A stretch of 64,000 nt of DNA, from assembly GCA_026196105.1 (NCBI GenBank), contig JAPHRK010000041.1:11970-75969 (forward strand), written 5' to 3'. The translations under genes and the position numbers were made by a program. Shown here piece after piece: positions 27,799 through 36,697 of the stretch. How positions within the stretch are numbered: the stretch's first letter is position 1; each line of letters starts with the position of its first letter. The notes below the pieces were generated by a model. The model was not told where the DNA came from. It did not search any database and worked only from the letters and a program-made list of their open reading frames with translations. Source of the stretch: Rhodospirillales bacterium. Lineage in GTDB: Bacteria > Pseudomonadota > Alphaproteobacteria > Rhodospirillales > JAPHRK01.

Positions 27799-28500
27799 TT
27801 ATTTTTCATTTTCCTCATTACTATTCTTTAAGAATAATTGCCCGTCATCATAATGGGAGCCTTCTCCCCTGGTGAGGCTTGCTGAAATAAAATCCATTTG
27901 TAAGTACTGGCTTTGGGAAAAAAGACGAACAATATCTTCAAAGCCATCAAAATATTCTTTTCCATAACGTTGAGTGCCATTCTGAAAAAAGGCCTGAACT
28001 AAAAGAAGATACCCATCTTGTTTCAAAAATTTTTTACAATTTAAAAGTGCATTTTCAAACGAAGGCATAATATACCAGAATATTTGGTTTTGTATAACAA
28101 CATCAACATTATCTATCGGTGGCAACCCATCTGCTTCTAATATGTTTCCTACATGAAATTCACATTGAGGGTACTGTTTTTGAGCTTTTTTTACCGCTGT
28201 AGGACTAATATCAATGCCTATTGCTCTTTTTACATTAGGTAATTGCAGCATTAGGTTTGTAACAACCCCTAGGCCGGAACCAATCTCCAGAACAGTTACA
28301 GTACCTAAACCTTTTAAAGTATTTAGTATCCGTTCACGGGAAGAATGATAGTATTGAGACATGCTGTCATCTTTGCCGCATTGTCCCCATGGATCATTTT
28401 CATTTTGATAACATCCTTCAAAGTCACCGACAAATTCAATACGACCATCATTGTTTTCATGGAAAATATTTCCAATAGATCCTTTTGGAGGTTGAGACAT
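27799..28500 (-). CDS. Class I SAM-dependent methyltransferase
   Basis: VLEIGSGLGVVT (motif I) and VDVVIQNQIFWY. ATG 28500 sits 1 nt after the upstream TAG. The track start at 28524 is a TTG inside the upstream gene. Confidence 0.75.
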   Translation of the reverse strand: MSQPPKGSIGNIFHENNDGRIEFVGDFEGCYQNENDPWGQCGKDDSMSQYYHSSRERILNTLKGLGTVTVLEIGSGLGVVTNLMLQLPNVKRAIGIDISPTAVKKAQKQYPQCEFHVGNILEADGLPPIDNVDVVIQNQIFWYIMPSFENALLNCKKFLKQDGYLLLVQAFFQNGTQRYGKEYFDGFEDIVRLFSQSQYLQMDFISASLTRGEGSHYDDGQLFLKNSNEENEK

Positions 28501-28501
28501 T

Positions 28502-30844
28502 CTATTGTTTTCCTTTAAAAACAAAATCTAGGCCATCACAAATAATTTGAGATGCCGTATCCACTTCATTCCTCGTGTGAGCAGCTGACATAAATAGGAT
28601 ACCGTTTGATGGAATATGCAAACCGTTTGCACGACAAAATAAATCAAAGATTTGCTTATCTTTAAACCATTTTTCTGCGAAATCTCTTTCGCGCCTATTA
28701 GTTACTTGCTGTTGTGTGAAAATAAGGCGGCTCATAGACTCAACGCCAATCGCTTGAGTTGAGTATGAATGCCTCTGACAGTGTTTATTTATCTGAGACC
28801 TAAAAGACGTGCTATCGCTATTAAGCTTATCAAAAAGGGTTTGCCCAAGATCATCAATAGCATTTAAAGCAGCTTGGCCTGCTGTAATTGTTAAGGGATT
28901 AGCAGAAAAAGTGCCACCCAAAAACACCGGTGGGTTTCCATTTCGCCCTTCCTTAATTGTTTCTACGATCTCTTTTTTTACTCCGACTGCTCCAATGGGC
29001 AATCCTCCACCAATTATTTTACCGAGGGTAATAATATCTGGAATAACATCAAAATATTGGCTGCCAGATTTATTAAGGCGGATGCCTGTTATAACTTCAT
29101 CAAAACAGAGAAGAATTCCTAATTTAGATGTTGTTTTTCGCAGCTTATTTAAGAATGGGCCTATGGTGCCTAGAATTGTTGAGCCTTGAACTGGCTCAAT
29201 AATCACCATCGCAATTTGATCTGCACTCTTCTCAAGCAAATCAAATGCATTGTCATTGTTATATGGAAGCATAATTAAATGATCACTTAACCCATTTATT
29301 AGGCCTCCAGATAATGGTGTGAAAGTAGGATTATCTGATTGAGATGAATAATCTTCAGCAATTAGTGACCAGTCCTGCCCGCCATGCCACCCACCAGAGA
29401 AAACGGCTATTTTATTCTTACCAGTATGTGCTCTACCAATACGCATAGCTCGCATTGTTGCTTCAGAACCACTGTTGCAAAATGCAAAATTATCAACAAA
29501 TGGAAATTGTTTTTCTAGAGTTTGACCAAACTTATTAGCTTCAATCGTAGTTCTTAAATGTGCCCACCCTTTTTGGGTTTGCTGGGAGATCGCTTGAGCA
29601 ATTTTGGGGTGGGAATGACCGAGTAAAGCAGAACCTGCAGCCATGCCGAGGTCAATTAAGTGATTGCCATCCGTATCAATAAGGGTGCTACCAGTTGCTC
29701 TTTCTATGTATAAAGCATCGTTTCCCTTTGGACTATAACCCTCATTTAGTAGCTCGTTTTTATTGTGGTTTTGGGTTAATAAATGCGTTTTTTTGTTATT
29801 TTTACTTATGTAATCGGTAATTTTTTTTTGGGTGGTAAAACCCATATTTTTATTTTTCTGTATTTTTTTTCGAGCTATAACAAGGATATTTCCTGCCATT
29901 TGCTTAGTTAATAAATATCTTTCGAGTAACTCGGTAAAACTCTCGTCACTAATAACTTCTGATAAAAAATTTCCAAGGTCGTTTTTTGTTAATTTTCCTT
30001 CAGAAAACCACTTCTGGACATATGTAATATCTAAAGATGGGTTAAGGGTATGACATTCTTGAACTTCAAAATCATTTTTAGATAATAGTAGTTTAATATT
30101 CTTTTCATTCATAAGATTAACATGCCCAGGTGGAAGTATTTGAACATGTTTTTCTTGGGCTGTTAACCATTCAAAACTAAATGTATTTGGCGTGGAAAAA
30201 ACAAAGTAACCATTGTCATTTAATAATTCTCGTATTGTAGTCAACATAGAATTTTGATCTACGATATGTTCTAATGTATCCCACATTGTAACAATATCGT
30301 ACGTTTCTTCACCAATGAGGTTTTTTGCATCGGCATGAATTATTTTGGTATCTGGGTACCTGAGCTTAAGGTCTCTACAGGCTTCTTCATTTAAATCGCA
30401 GCATGTTACCTCAAAGGAAGTTTGTGCTCTTTTAAGGGCTTCTACGAAAACGCCTATTGCTGAACCAATATCTAATAACTTTCCTTCTGTATTTAATGTT
30501 TCAAGCAAAGTAATTCTTGGGCCAAACAAATCCACACGGTTCTCAAAACTTTCACGGAAAAATTCATTCTCAAACGCTTTCATTTCGCTGTTGTAGTAAG
30601 CTCCAATTTGTTCATCGTTTGGATATGGGTTGCAAAAAATTAACCAGCATGAATTACATTTTGACATATTAAAGCCAAATACCGTTACAAAATCAGTAAC
30701 GTTTTTTGACTCGCAAATAGGGCATGCTGTAAGCTTTGATTGTTCTTTTCCAAGTGATAGGATCTGAGAACAAACCTCAGTCATCATTTTAAACAATAAT
30801 GTCTGTTTTTTTTCTGTATGGATATCGTCAAAGTTAAGAGCCAT
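28502..30844 (-). CDS. Fusion protein: Zn-ribbon + class I SAM methyltransferase (N) / class III aminotransferase, glutamate-1-semialdehyde aminomutase-like (C)
   Basis: N-terminal part: CPICESK...CNSC, LLDIGSAIGVF, YDIVTMWDTLEH. C-terminal part: FCNSGSEATMRAMRIGRAHTGKNKIAVFSGGWHG, FDEVITG, TLGKIIGGGLP. The Lys/Asn-rich linker contains A8 and A9 runs. Confidence 0.75.
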   Translation of the reverse strand: MALNFDDIHTEKKQTLLFKMMTEVCSQILSLGKEQSKLTACPICESKNVTDFVTVFGFNMSKCNSCWLIFCNPYPNDEQIGAYYNSEMKAFENEFFRESFENRVDLFGPRITLLETLNTEGKLLDIGSAIGVFVEALKRAQTSFEVTCCDLNEEACRDLKLRYPDTKIIHADAKNLIGEETYDIVTMWDTLEHIVDQNSMLTTIRELLNDNGYFVFSTPNTFSFEWLTAQEKHVQILPPGHVNLMNEKNIKLLLSKNDFEVQECHTLNPSLDITYVQKWFSEGKLTKNDLGNFLSEVISDESFTELLERYLLTKQMAGNILVIARKKIQKNKNMGFTTQKKITDYISKNNKKTHLLTQNHNKNELLNEGYSPKGNDALYIERATGSTLIDTDGNHLIDLGMAAGSALLGHSHPKIAQAISQQTQKGWAHLRTTIEANKFGQTLEKQFPFVDNFAFCNSGSEATMRAMRIGRAHTGKNKIAVFSGGWHGGQDWSLIAEDYSSQSDNPTFTPLSGGLINGLSDHLIMLPYNNDNAFDLLEKSADQIAMVIIEPVQGSTILGTIGPFLNKLRKTTSKLGILLCFDEVITGIRLNKSGSQYFDVIPDIITLGKIIGGGLPIGAVGVKKEIVETIKEGRNGNPPVFLGGTFSANPLTITAGQAALNAIDDLGQTLFDKLNSDSTSFRSQINKHCQRHSYSTQAIGVESMSRLIFTQQQVTNRRERDFAEKWFKDKQIFDLFCRANGLHIPSNGILFMSAAHTRNEVDTASQIICDGLDFVFKGKQ

Positions 30845-30877
30845 TAGGGAGTAATCTCGCGGGTGATTTTAATATCT

Positions 30878-31732
30878 TTAAAGTTTCCACTTATCTACAT
30901 GATTAAAGCCATGAAGCGTTCCATCAGCGTTGCACTGGTCGCAAGGGGCAGATGATCTTTTTCCATTAGCTAAATTTCTTCTTATCTTGGTCAGGTGCTT
31001 TGTAGACCATATGTCTAATAGGTTGTTTGCATACACATTTCCAAATTTTAATTTTTTGTGCCAATCCTGAACACAAAGCAATGCATCACCATTCCAGTCT
31101 ATTGACATCGAATAATGTGGGTAAAAGCACTTTTTATTCTGGATAACTTTGTCTTGTTTCCCCCAGGCGACAGTTCCGGCTCTATTCGTTAGTTTTAGGC
31201 CAAAGTTATCTGCTTCTGAGTGCCAGCGGTCTCTTAAAATGTATTGATTTTTTTTGATGCCTGCTTTGTTAAACATATTTTGGAAATGTTTAACCTGATC
31301 TTCTCCATCATACATGCTGACCACGATCATATTAACGTTTGTGGCATATAGTTCTCGGATCAATTCTTCATTTAGTTTATCTCCATTTGTAACTATTTCC
31401 AAACGAGTTTTTTTATCAAATAATGAACAAATTTCTAATATCTCGGGATGTAGTAACGGCTCTCCATAACCGCATAAAAGAACGCCACCTTTATATGAAA
31501 TTGCAGATAACTCGTCTGCAATTTTTTTTATAAGTTTTTTTGAAATATGATTGTTTTGATTTGGGTATAGATCTGAGTTTGCGCGTGGGCAAAAAGTACA
31601 AACCCGATTGCACAGATCAGTAGTGCTGATCTCAACCCAACTAAATAGAGGGATTTTCCCGATCATTTGGACTTTGTCGATAAATGATGATTTCCGTCTA
31701 AGGTTTTCTTTTGTTGCTTTTGTTAAGGTCAA
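30878..31732 (-). CDS. Radical SAM enzyme with partial SPASM/twitch-type auxiliary-cluster motif
   Basis: TDLCNRVCTFCP (Cx3Cx2C). C-terminal CFYPHYSMSIDWNGDALLC (Cx12Gx4C) then CDQC. TTG start has GAGGA 7 nt upstream. Confidence 0.75.
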   Translation of the reverse strand: MTLTKATKENLRRKSSFIDKVQMIGKIPLFSWVEISTTDLCNRVCTFCPRANSDLYPNQNNHISKKLIKKIADELSAISYKGGVLLCGYGEPLLHPEILEICSLFDKKTRLEIVTNGDKLNEELIRELYATNVNMIVVSMYDGEDQVKHFQNMFNKAGIKKNQYILRDRWHSEADNFGLKLTNRAGTVAWGKQDKVIQNKKCFYPHYSMSIDWNGDALLCVQDWHKKLKFGNVYANNLLDIWSTKHLTKIRRNLANGKRSSAPCDQCNADGTLHGFNHVDKWKL

Positions 31733-31853
31733 GTTGTAATCCTCATCGCATCAATCTTTTAAGTTAGCTAAGTAGTTACCCAATAAGATACTTTTCAAAA
31801 TATGAATATATATTGAATCTTATTCATTTTGTTTTCCACCAAGTAAAATTCAC

Positions 31854-32309
31854 TCAAAGCAACTCATAAGTCGTCTTTTTGCATACGGTTCTTAGAGTAA
31901 AATTTGACCTGATCCGAGCAACACCAGGGAGGCGGGAGAGGGCGGATTTGTGGATACGTTCGTAGTCTTCTGGGCCACCCGCGGCTACTCTGAGCACATA
32001 ATCTGAATCTCCTGCCATTAAGTAACATTCCATAATATCTGGGCAATTTACCACGGCAGCTTCAAAGGCGTTGAGGGCTTCTTCGCTCTGACTGTTGAGA
32101 GAGATTTCTACGAAAATATTTGAAGAGCGACCAATGGCTGATTGATTGACCACCATGGCGTAACCTTCAATGATCCCTTCTTCTTCTAAATTTTTCACTC
32201 GCCGCAAACAGGCTGAAGGTGAAAGGTTTATGCGTTCGGACAATTCAGCATTACTGATCCGTCCGTCACTTTGCAAAATACTCAAAATAGCCTGATCAAC
32301 GGTATCCAT
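31854..32309 (-). CDS. Lrp/AsnC-family transcriptional regulator (AldR-like, divergent from ald)
   Basis: HTH region DQAILSILQSDGRISNAELSERINLSPSACLRRV plus a C-terminal RAM-like domain. Divergent from alanine dehydrogenase, the classic AldR arrangement. Confidence 0.85.
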   Translation of the reverse strand: MDTVDQAILSILQSDGRISNAELSERINLSPSACLRRVKNLEEEGIIEGYAMVVNQSAIGRSSNIFVEISLNSQSEEALNAFEAAVVNCPDIMECYLMAGDSDYVLRVAAGGPEDYERIHKSALSRLPGVARIRSNFTLRTVCKKTTYELL

Positions 32310-32459
32310 ATTTATTTCTCGAATAATATTCTGTTTAAGTAATGGTAATTAGAATTATATATAAAAATACAAGATAAATGTAGAGAAATAACAAGGATAT
32401 TCTGTGCTGTTTTGGTTAAAATGACCCTTAGCGGTATTTGTGACAACAGGAGAAATCAC

Positions 32460-33578
32460 ATGCTTGTCGGTGTTCCCAAAGAAATTAAAAATCATGAGTA
32501 TCGGGTTGGTTTAACCCCTAGCAGTATTCGTGAATTTATTGCTCACGGCCATAAAGTTGTTGTTGAAAGTGGAGCCGGTACTGGTATTGGTTATTCTAAC
32601 CAGGACTATATGGACGCAGGTGCGGCTGTTCTCGACTCGGCTGAAGAGATTTTTGCCACGGCCGATATGATCGTTAAAGTCAAAGAACCGCAAGCCGGTG
32701 AGCGGAAAATGCTGCGTGAAGAGCAAATTTTATTCACTTATCTTCATTTGGCCCCAGATCCAGATCAAACTCATGACTTAGTTGATAGTGGTGCCGTCTG
32801 CGTTGCTTATGAAACCGTCACGGATGGAAATGGTGGACTACCCTTACTAGCCCCTATGTCACAAGTAGCAGGCCGTATGTCCATTCAAGCTGGTGCGCAT
32901 TCCTTAGAGAAAGCTCATGGAGGAAGAGGAATACTCATTGGTGGTGTACCTGGTGTTGAAGCCGCCAAAGTGGTCATAATTGGCGGGGGCGTTGTTGGTG
33001 AAAATGCTATTCGTATGGCTTTAGGAATGGGCGCTGATATCGTAGCATTAGATCGAAATGTTGATGTGTTGAATAATTTAGCACGTCGTTTTGATGAGCA
33101 TATTACGACGGTTTACTCAACTGGAGCTGCTCTTGAGAAATATGTCCTTGAGGCGGATTTAGTCGTTGGGGGCGTCCTTGTTAAGGGGGCCGCTGCTCCT
33201 AAACTCGTCAGTGCTGAAATGGTCAAGGCCATGAAACCTGGTTCTGTGTTGGTTGATGTTGCCATTGATCAAGGTGGGTGCTTTGAAACATCCCATGCAA
33301 CGACCCATGCCGATCCAATTTATGTTGTTGATGATGTGGTACACTACTGTGTTGCTAACATGCCTGGAGCTGTCCCTCGTACTTCTACCTATGCCCTTAA
33401 TAATGTGACTTTGCCCTATGGGTTAGCCCTTGCAGACAATGGTTATAAAGCAGCCCTCTTAGATAACCCATGGTTTATGGAAGGCTTGAATGTTTGTAAG
33501 GGTAAAGTGACTTATGAAGCTGTTGCTCAAGAGCTTGGTTATGAATACCAAACTCCCAAAGATGCGCTTATGGGGTGA
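32460..33578 (+). CDS. ald: L-alanine dehydrogenase
   Basis: MLVGVPKEIKNHEYRVGLTP N-terminus and VIIGGGVVG NAD motif. The 16 codons the track adds upstream are probably not translated. Confidence 0.9.
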   Translation: MLVGVPKEIKNHEYRVGLTPSSIREFIAHGHKVVVESGAGTGIGYSNQDYMDAGAAVLDSAEEIFATADMIVKVKEPQAGERKMLREEQILFTYLHLAPDPDQTHDLVDSGAVCVAYETVTDGNGGLPLLAPMSQVAGRMSIQAGAHSLEKAHGGRGILIGGVPGVEAAKVVIIGGGVVGENAIRMALGMGADIVALDRNVDVLNNLARRFDEHITTVYSTGAALEKYVLEADLVVGGVLVKGAAAPKLVSAEMVKAMKPGSVLVDVAIDQGGCFETSHATTHADPIYVVDDVVHYCVANMPGAVPRTSTYALNNVTLPYGLALADNGYKAALLDNPWFMEGLNVCKGKVTYEAVAQELGYEYQTPKDALMG

Positions 33579-33713
33579 TAGCAAAAATTTGTGAGACAAG
33601 CTTTGGCGGATAAAGCTTAAGCTTCTGCTGTTGTCTGAGGTCAGCATTGCTTCACCAATTTTTTGGTTCCATTATATGTTTCAAGTAAGTTTTACGGAAA
33701 CATAGGGTTATGT

Positions 33714-34151
33714 ATGACTAAAACATCGCAATTTGATTTGACCGACCCCAAAATCTATAATTTCTGGACAGAGGTTTCCCTTCGATACAGCGATCAAGAC
33801 GATTTAGGTCATGTAAATAATGTCGCCTATGCAGCTTTTGTCGAGGCGGGGCGGACGGATCTTCTCTACCAATATGTGGACTACGACAAGTACCCGAAAT
33901 TGAATTTTATGCTTGCAAATGTGAATATTAATTACCTGCAAGAATGCCACTGGCCCGGAACCATGCGGGTCGGGAGTCGCTTAACGAATTTAGGGACCAA
34001 ATCAATCACGACAGGGTATGGTCTTTTTCTTGATGGTATCTGCCGAGCAACTGCTGAATGCGTCAATGTCTACTTTGACACGGATACCCGAAAATCAGTT
34101 GCTCCCCCAGAAGATTTACGCGCTAAATTAATGGATATTTTATCGGAATAA
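33714..34151 (+). CDS. Acyl-CoA thioesterase, 4HBT/YbgC-like hotdog fold
   Basis: SLRYSDQDDLGHVNNVAYAAFVEAGR motif. The start is taken at MTKTSQF. Confidence 0.7.
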   Translation: MTKTSQFDLTDPKIYNFWTEVSLRYSDQDDLGHVNNVAYAAFVEAGRTDLLYQYVDYDKYPKLNFMLANVNINYLQECHWPGTMRVGSRLTNLGTKSITTGYGLFLDGICRATAECVNVYFDTDTRKSVAPPEDLRAKLMDILSE

Positions 34152-34164
34152 CAGGCAATTTCTT

Positions 34165-35325
34165 TTAATAAGACTTAGGGAGGCCAAGGGCCTTTTCTGC
34201 TATGTAGCATAATACGAGTTGTTGGCTGACTGGAGCGAGGTAGGGGATCATAATTTCCCGGAACAACCGCTCCACATGAAACTCTTTAGCATAACCCATA
34301 CCCCCATGGGTCGCCATGGCTTGGCGGCAGATATCTTGACCTGTTTCAGCCGCAAGGTATTTCGCAGCATTGGCTTCTACACCGCAAGGCTTGCCGTTAT
34401 CATAGAGATTTGCAGCATTAAAAGTCATGAGCTTAGCGGCTTCAAGCTGTGCCCAACCTGCTGCGAGCGGATGCTGAATACTTTGGTTCATCCCTATCGC
34501 TCGCTCAAAGACGACACGTTCCTTGGCATATTCAGTCGCCCGGCGTAAAGCGTCTTGTCCAATGCCGATTGCTTCAGCAGAAATCAAAATTCGTTCAGGG
34601 TTTAGGCTGTGGAGTAGATATTTGAACCCTTTGCCTTCTTCTCCGACTAAATCCTCTACGGGGATTTCTAAATCATCAATAAACAACTCATTTGTATCAA
34701 CTGCCTTACGGCCCATTTTCTCAATTACTCGGGCTTCGATTCTTGTACGATCAAAATCAGTGAAGAATAGGCTAAGGCCTTCCGTTGGGTTGGCATCATC
34801 ACGGGGAGATGTGCGGGCAATGAGCATGATTTTGTGTGCGACTTGTGCCGTTGAAATAAAGACTTTGCGACCATTAACGATATAACGATCCCCTTTGAGT
34901 ACTGCTCGGGTTTTAAGGCGTGTTGTATCAAGACCTGTGTTTGGTTCAGTTACCGCAAAACACAAGCGTGTTTTCCCTGAGATTATATCAGGCAGCCAGC
35001 TTTGACGTTGTTCGTCGTTACCAAATGTAGAGAGGGAATTAGGACCAAAGATATTCATGTGTATTGAAGAGGCCGCGGTCATGCCGCCTTTACGAGCCAC
35101 AGCCATCATCATCATGGCAGCTTCAGTGATGCCAAGGCCACTGCCGCCGACGTCTTCAGGAAGCGCGATCCCAAGCCAGCCGCCTTCAGCCATAGCCTCG
35201 ACAAATTCTTCTGGGAAGTTACCCGTCGTGTCACAGTTTAGCCAATAGTCATCGCCAAAAGGGGTTAGAGTTTTATCCAGGGCATTTAAAAGGTTTTGCT
35301 GGTCATCTGTTAATGAAAAATCCAT
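34165..35325 (-). CDS. Acyl-CoA dehydrogenase
   Basis: MDFSLTDDQQ start, TEPNTGLD, and GGMGYAKEFHVERLFRE near the C-terminus. The track's extra 68 N-terminal codons look spurious. Confidence 0.85.
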   Translation of the reverse strand: MDFSLTDDQQNLLNALDKTLTPFGDDYWLNCDTTGNFPEEFVEAMAEGGWLGIALPEDVGGSGLGITEAAMMMMAVARKGGMTAASSIHMNIFGPNSLSTFGNDEQRQSWLPDIISGKTRLCFAVTEPNTGLDTTRLKTRAVLKGDRYIVNGRKVFISTAQVAHKIMLIARTSPRDDANPTEGLSLFFTDFDRTRIEARVIEKMGRKAVDTNELFIDDLEIPVEDLVGEEGKGFKYLLHSLNPERILISAEAIGIGQDALRRATEYAKERVVFERAIGMNQSIQHPLAAGWAQLEAAKLMTFNAANLYDNGKPCGVEANAAKYLAAETGQDICRQAMATHGGMGYAKEFHVERLFREIMIPYLAPVSQQLVLCYIAEKALGLPKSY

Positions 35326-35582
35326 TGCACTGCCTTGAGTTATTTCTCCACAGATAGTTAGTATGCTAATTATACTGAAGATTGTCATTTTAACAATAAT
35401 CTTATTGGCTACGGAGCTCATTTCTTTACACATTTGGTTAAAGCGGTATCTTTCTTCCAACAGTAGGTTTTGAAACCAAGCAAGGTTTGTGATACTTGTC
35501 CCGTCGGAATTTGACGTATTCGATACCAATTTGAAATTCCCAATATTTTGGGCGAATTGGAAGTAATGAAATAGGGTGTGAT

Positions 35583-36032
35583 ATGGAAAATAGAGACCGT
35601 AAAATTGGGCTCGTATTTAATGATGTAGCGCGATTTCGTGGCATCCTTTTTGACCAAATGTTGCATGATGATGGCGTGACTCATGTTCAAGCCTTTGTAC
35701 TTGATCGTTTGTTTAAGCAAGATGGTCTTACCCAAACCGAACTTTCCGAGCGCATGGATATTGGCACTGTTACCGTTAGTGGCCTTGTTGACCGACTGGA
35801 AGCAAAAGGCTGGGTTGAGCGTAAACCTGATAGCAAAGACCGAAGGGCAAAACGTGTGTGGCTAACCTCTAAGGTTGGCAATATTAGAAAGAAAATGTCT
35901 GGCTGTATCACGCAGCTTAACGACGTGACCTTGGACGGAATGGAAGATTCTGAAATTGATCAATTGGTTGACTTGCTTAAAAAAGCAAAAATTAATCTTG
36001 CCAACAAACTTTGCAAAGGCCCCCAAGATTAA
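35583..36032 (+). CDS. MarR-family transcriptional regulator
   Basis: LTQTELSERMDIGTVTVSGLVDRLEAKGWVERKPDSKDRRAKRVWLT (winged HTH). Confidence 0.85.
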   Translation: MENRDRKIGLVFNDVARFRGILFDQMLHDDGVTHVQAFVLDRLFKQDGLTQTELSERMDIGTVTVSGLVDRLEAKGWVERKPDSKDRRAKRVWLTSKVGNIRKKMSGCITQLNDVTLDGMEDSEIDQLVDLLKKAKINLANKLCKGPQD

Positions 36033-36095
36033 TTTGTTTGGCAATTTTACTAGATTGGCATTCACAGAAAAAACAGTCTGAAAGTGGAATGGAAC

Positions 36096-36443
36096 ATGTC
36101 AAATCGATATCGCGTGGAAACTGAGTGGAAAGCTTCCTATCAAGACCCAATCGTCTTAAATGAAGGAGAGGAACTGTGGTTAAGCGGTAAGGCAGATAAA
36201 TGGGATGGGCACATATGGGTATGGGCAAAAAACCAAGTAAATAAAGAAGGTTGGATACCCGATACACTGGTGAGAACTGTCGCTGGCAAGCATTACGCAA
36301 ACATGTCATTTTCGGCGCTCGAACTGACCTGTAGTCTTGGCGAAGAATTGATCGCTAATGATGAAAAACACGGATGGGTTTTGTGCCAGTCGAAGGATGG
36401 CTTAGAAGGTTGGGTCCCTGCAAGAAATTTGAAAGCAATCTAG
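36096..36443 (+). CDS. Small protein with two SH3-like segments
   Basis: GEELWL...EGWIPDTLV and GEELIA...EGWVPARNL resemble SH3 C-terminal strands. The start could be GTG 36084. Confidence 0.4.
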   Translation: MSNRYRVETEWKASYQDPIVLNEGEELWLSGKADKWDGHIWVWAKNQVNKEGWIPDTLVRTVAGKHYANMSFSALELTCSLGEELIANDEKHGWVLCQSKDGLEGWVPARNLKAI

Positions 36444-36697
36444 TTACGTCACTCTAGCTTTATCGCCCTACTTTGGGCTCAGTGGAGACATCCGACGGTT
36501 TTCATCGGCTGTCCGCTTTACCTTCCCCCCGCAAGGCTTAACAACCCTTCGATATTTAGGGGCTTCGGGCCGTAAAGCCTTGCTAACGCCAGCGCTCTTG
36601 GTGACGTTTCTGCTTTGCACAGTCAGTGACATTTCTGGATGGTTGCAACACTATTAGCAGACCTTCTCACTTATGAAATGCCATTTCCATTCTGGAA

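Noticed and set aside
35326-35529. A 68-codon N-terminal extension of the acyl-CoA dehydrogenase. Similar extensions occur for ald (32412-32459), the thioesterase (33663-33713), E1 beta (21805-21861) and the periplasmic protein (38541-38603).
   Set aside because: The family-typical N-termini begin at internal Met codons, and the extensions are unconserved-looking or overlap upstream genes.
35418-35735. Minus-strand ORFs of 105 aa and 68 aa in and around the ACAD-MarR intergenic region.
   Set aside because: They overlap the MarR 5' end or the promoter region, have no motifs, and show an AT-rich-derived composition.
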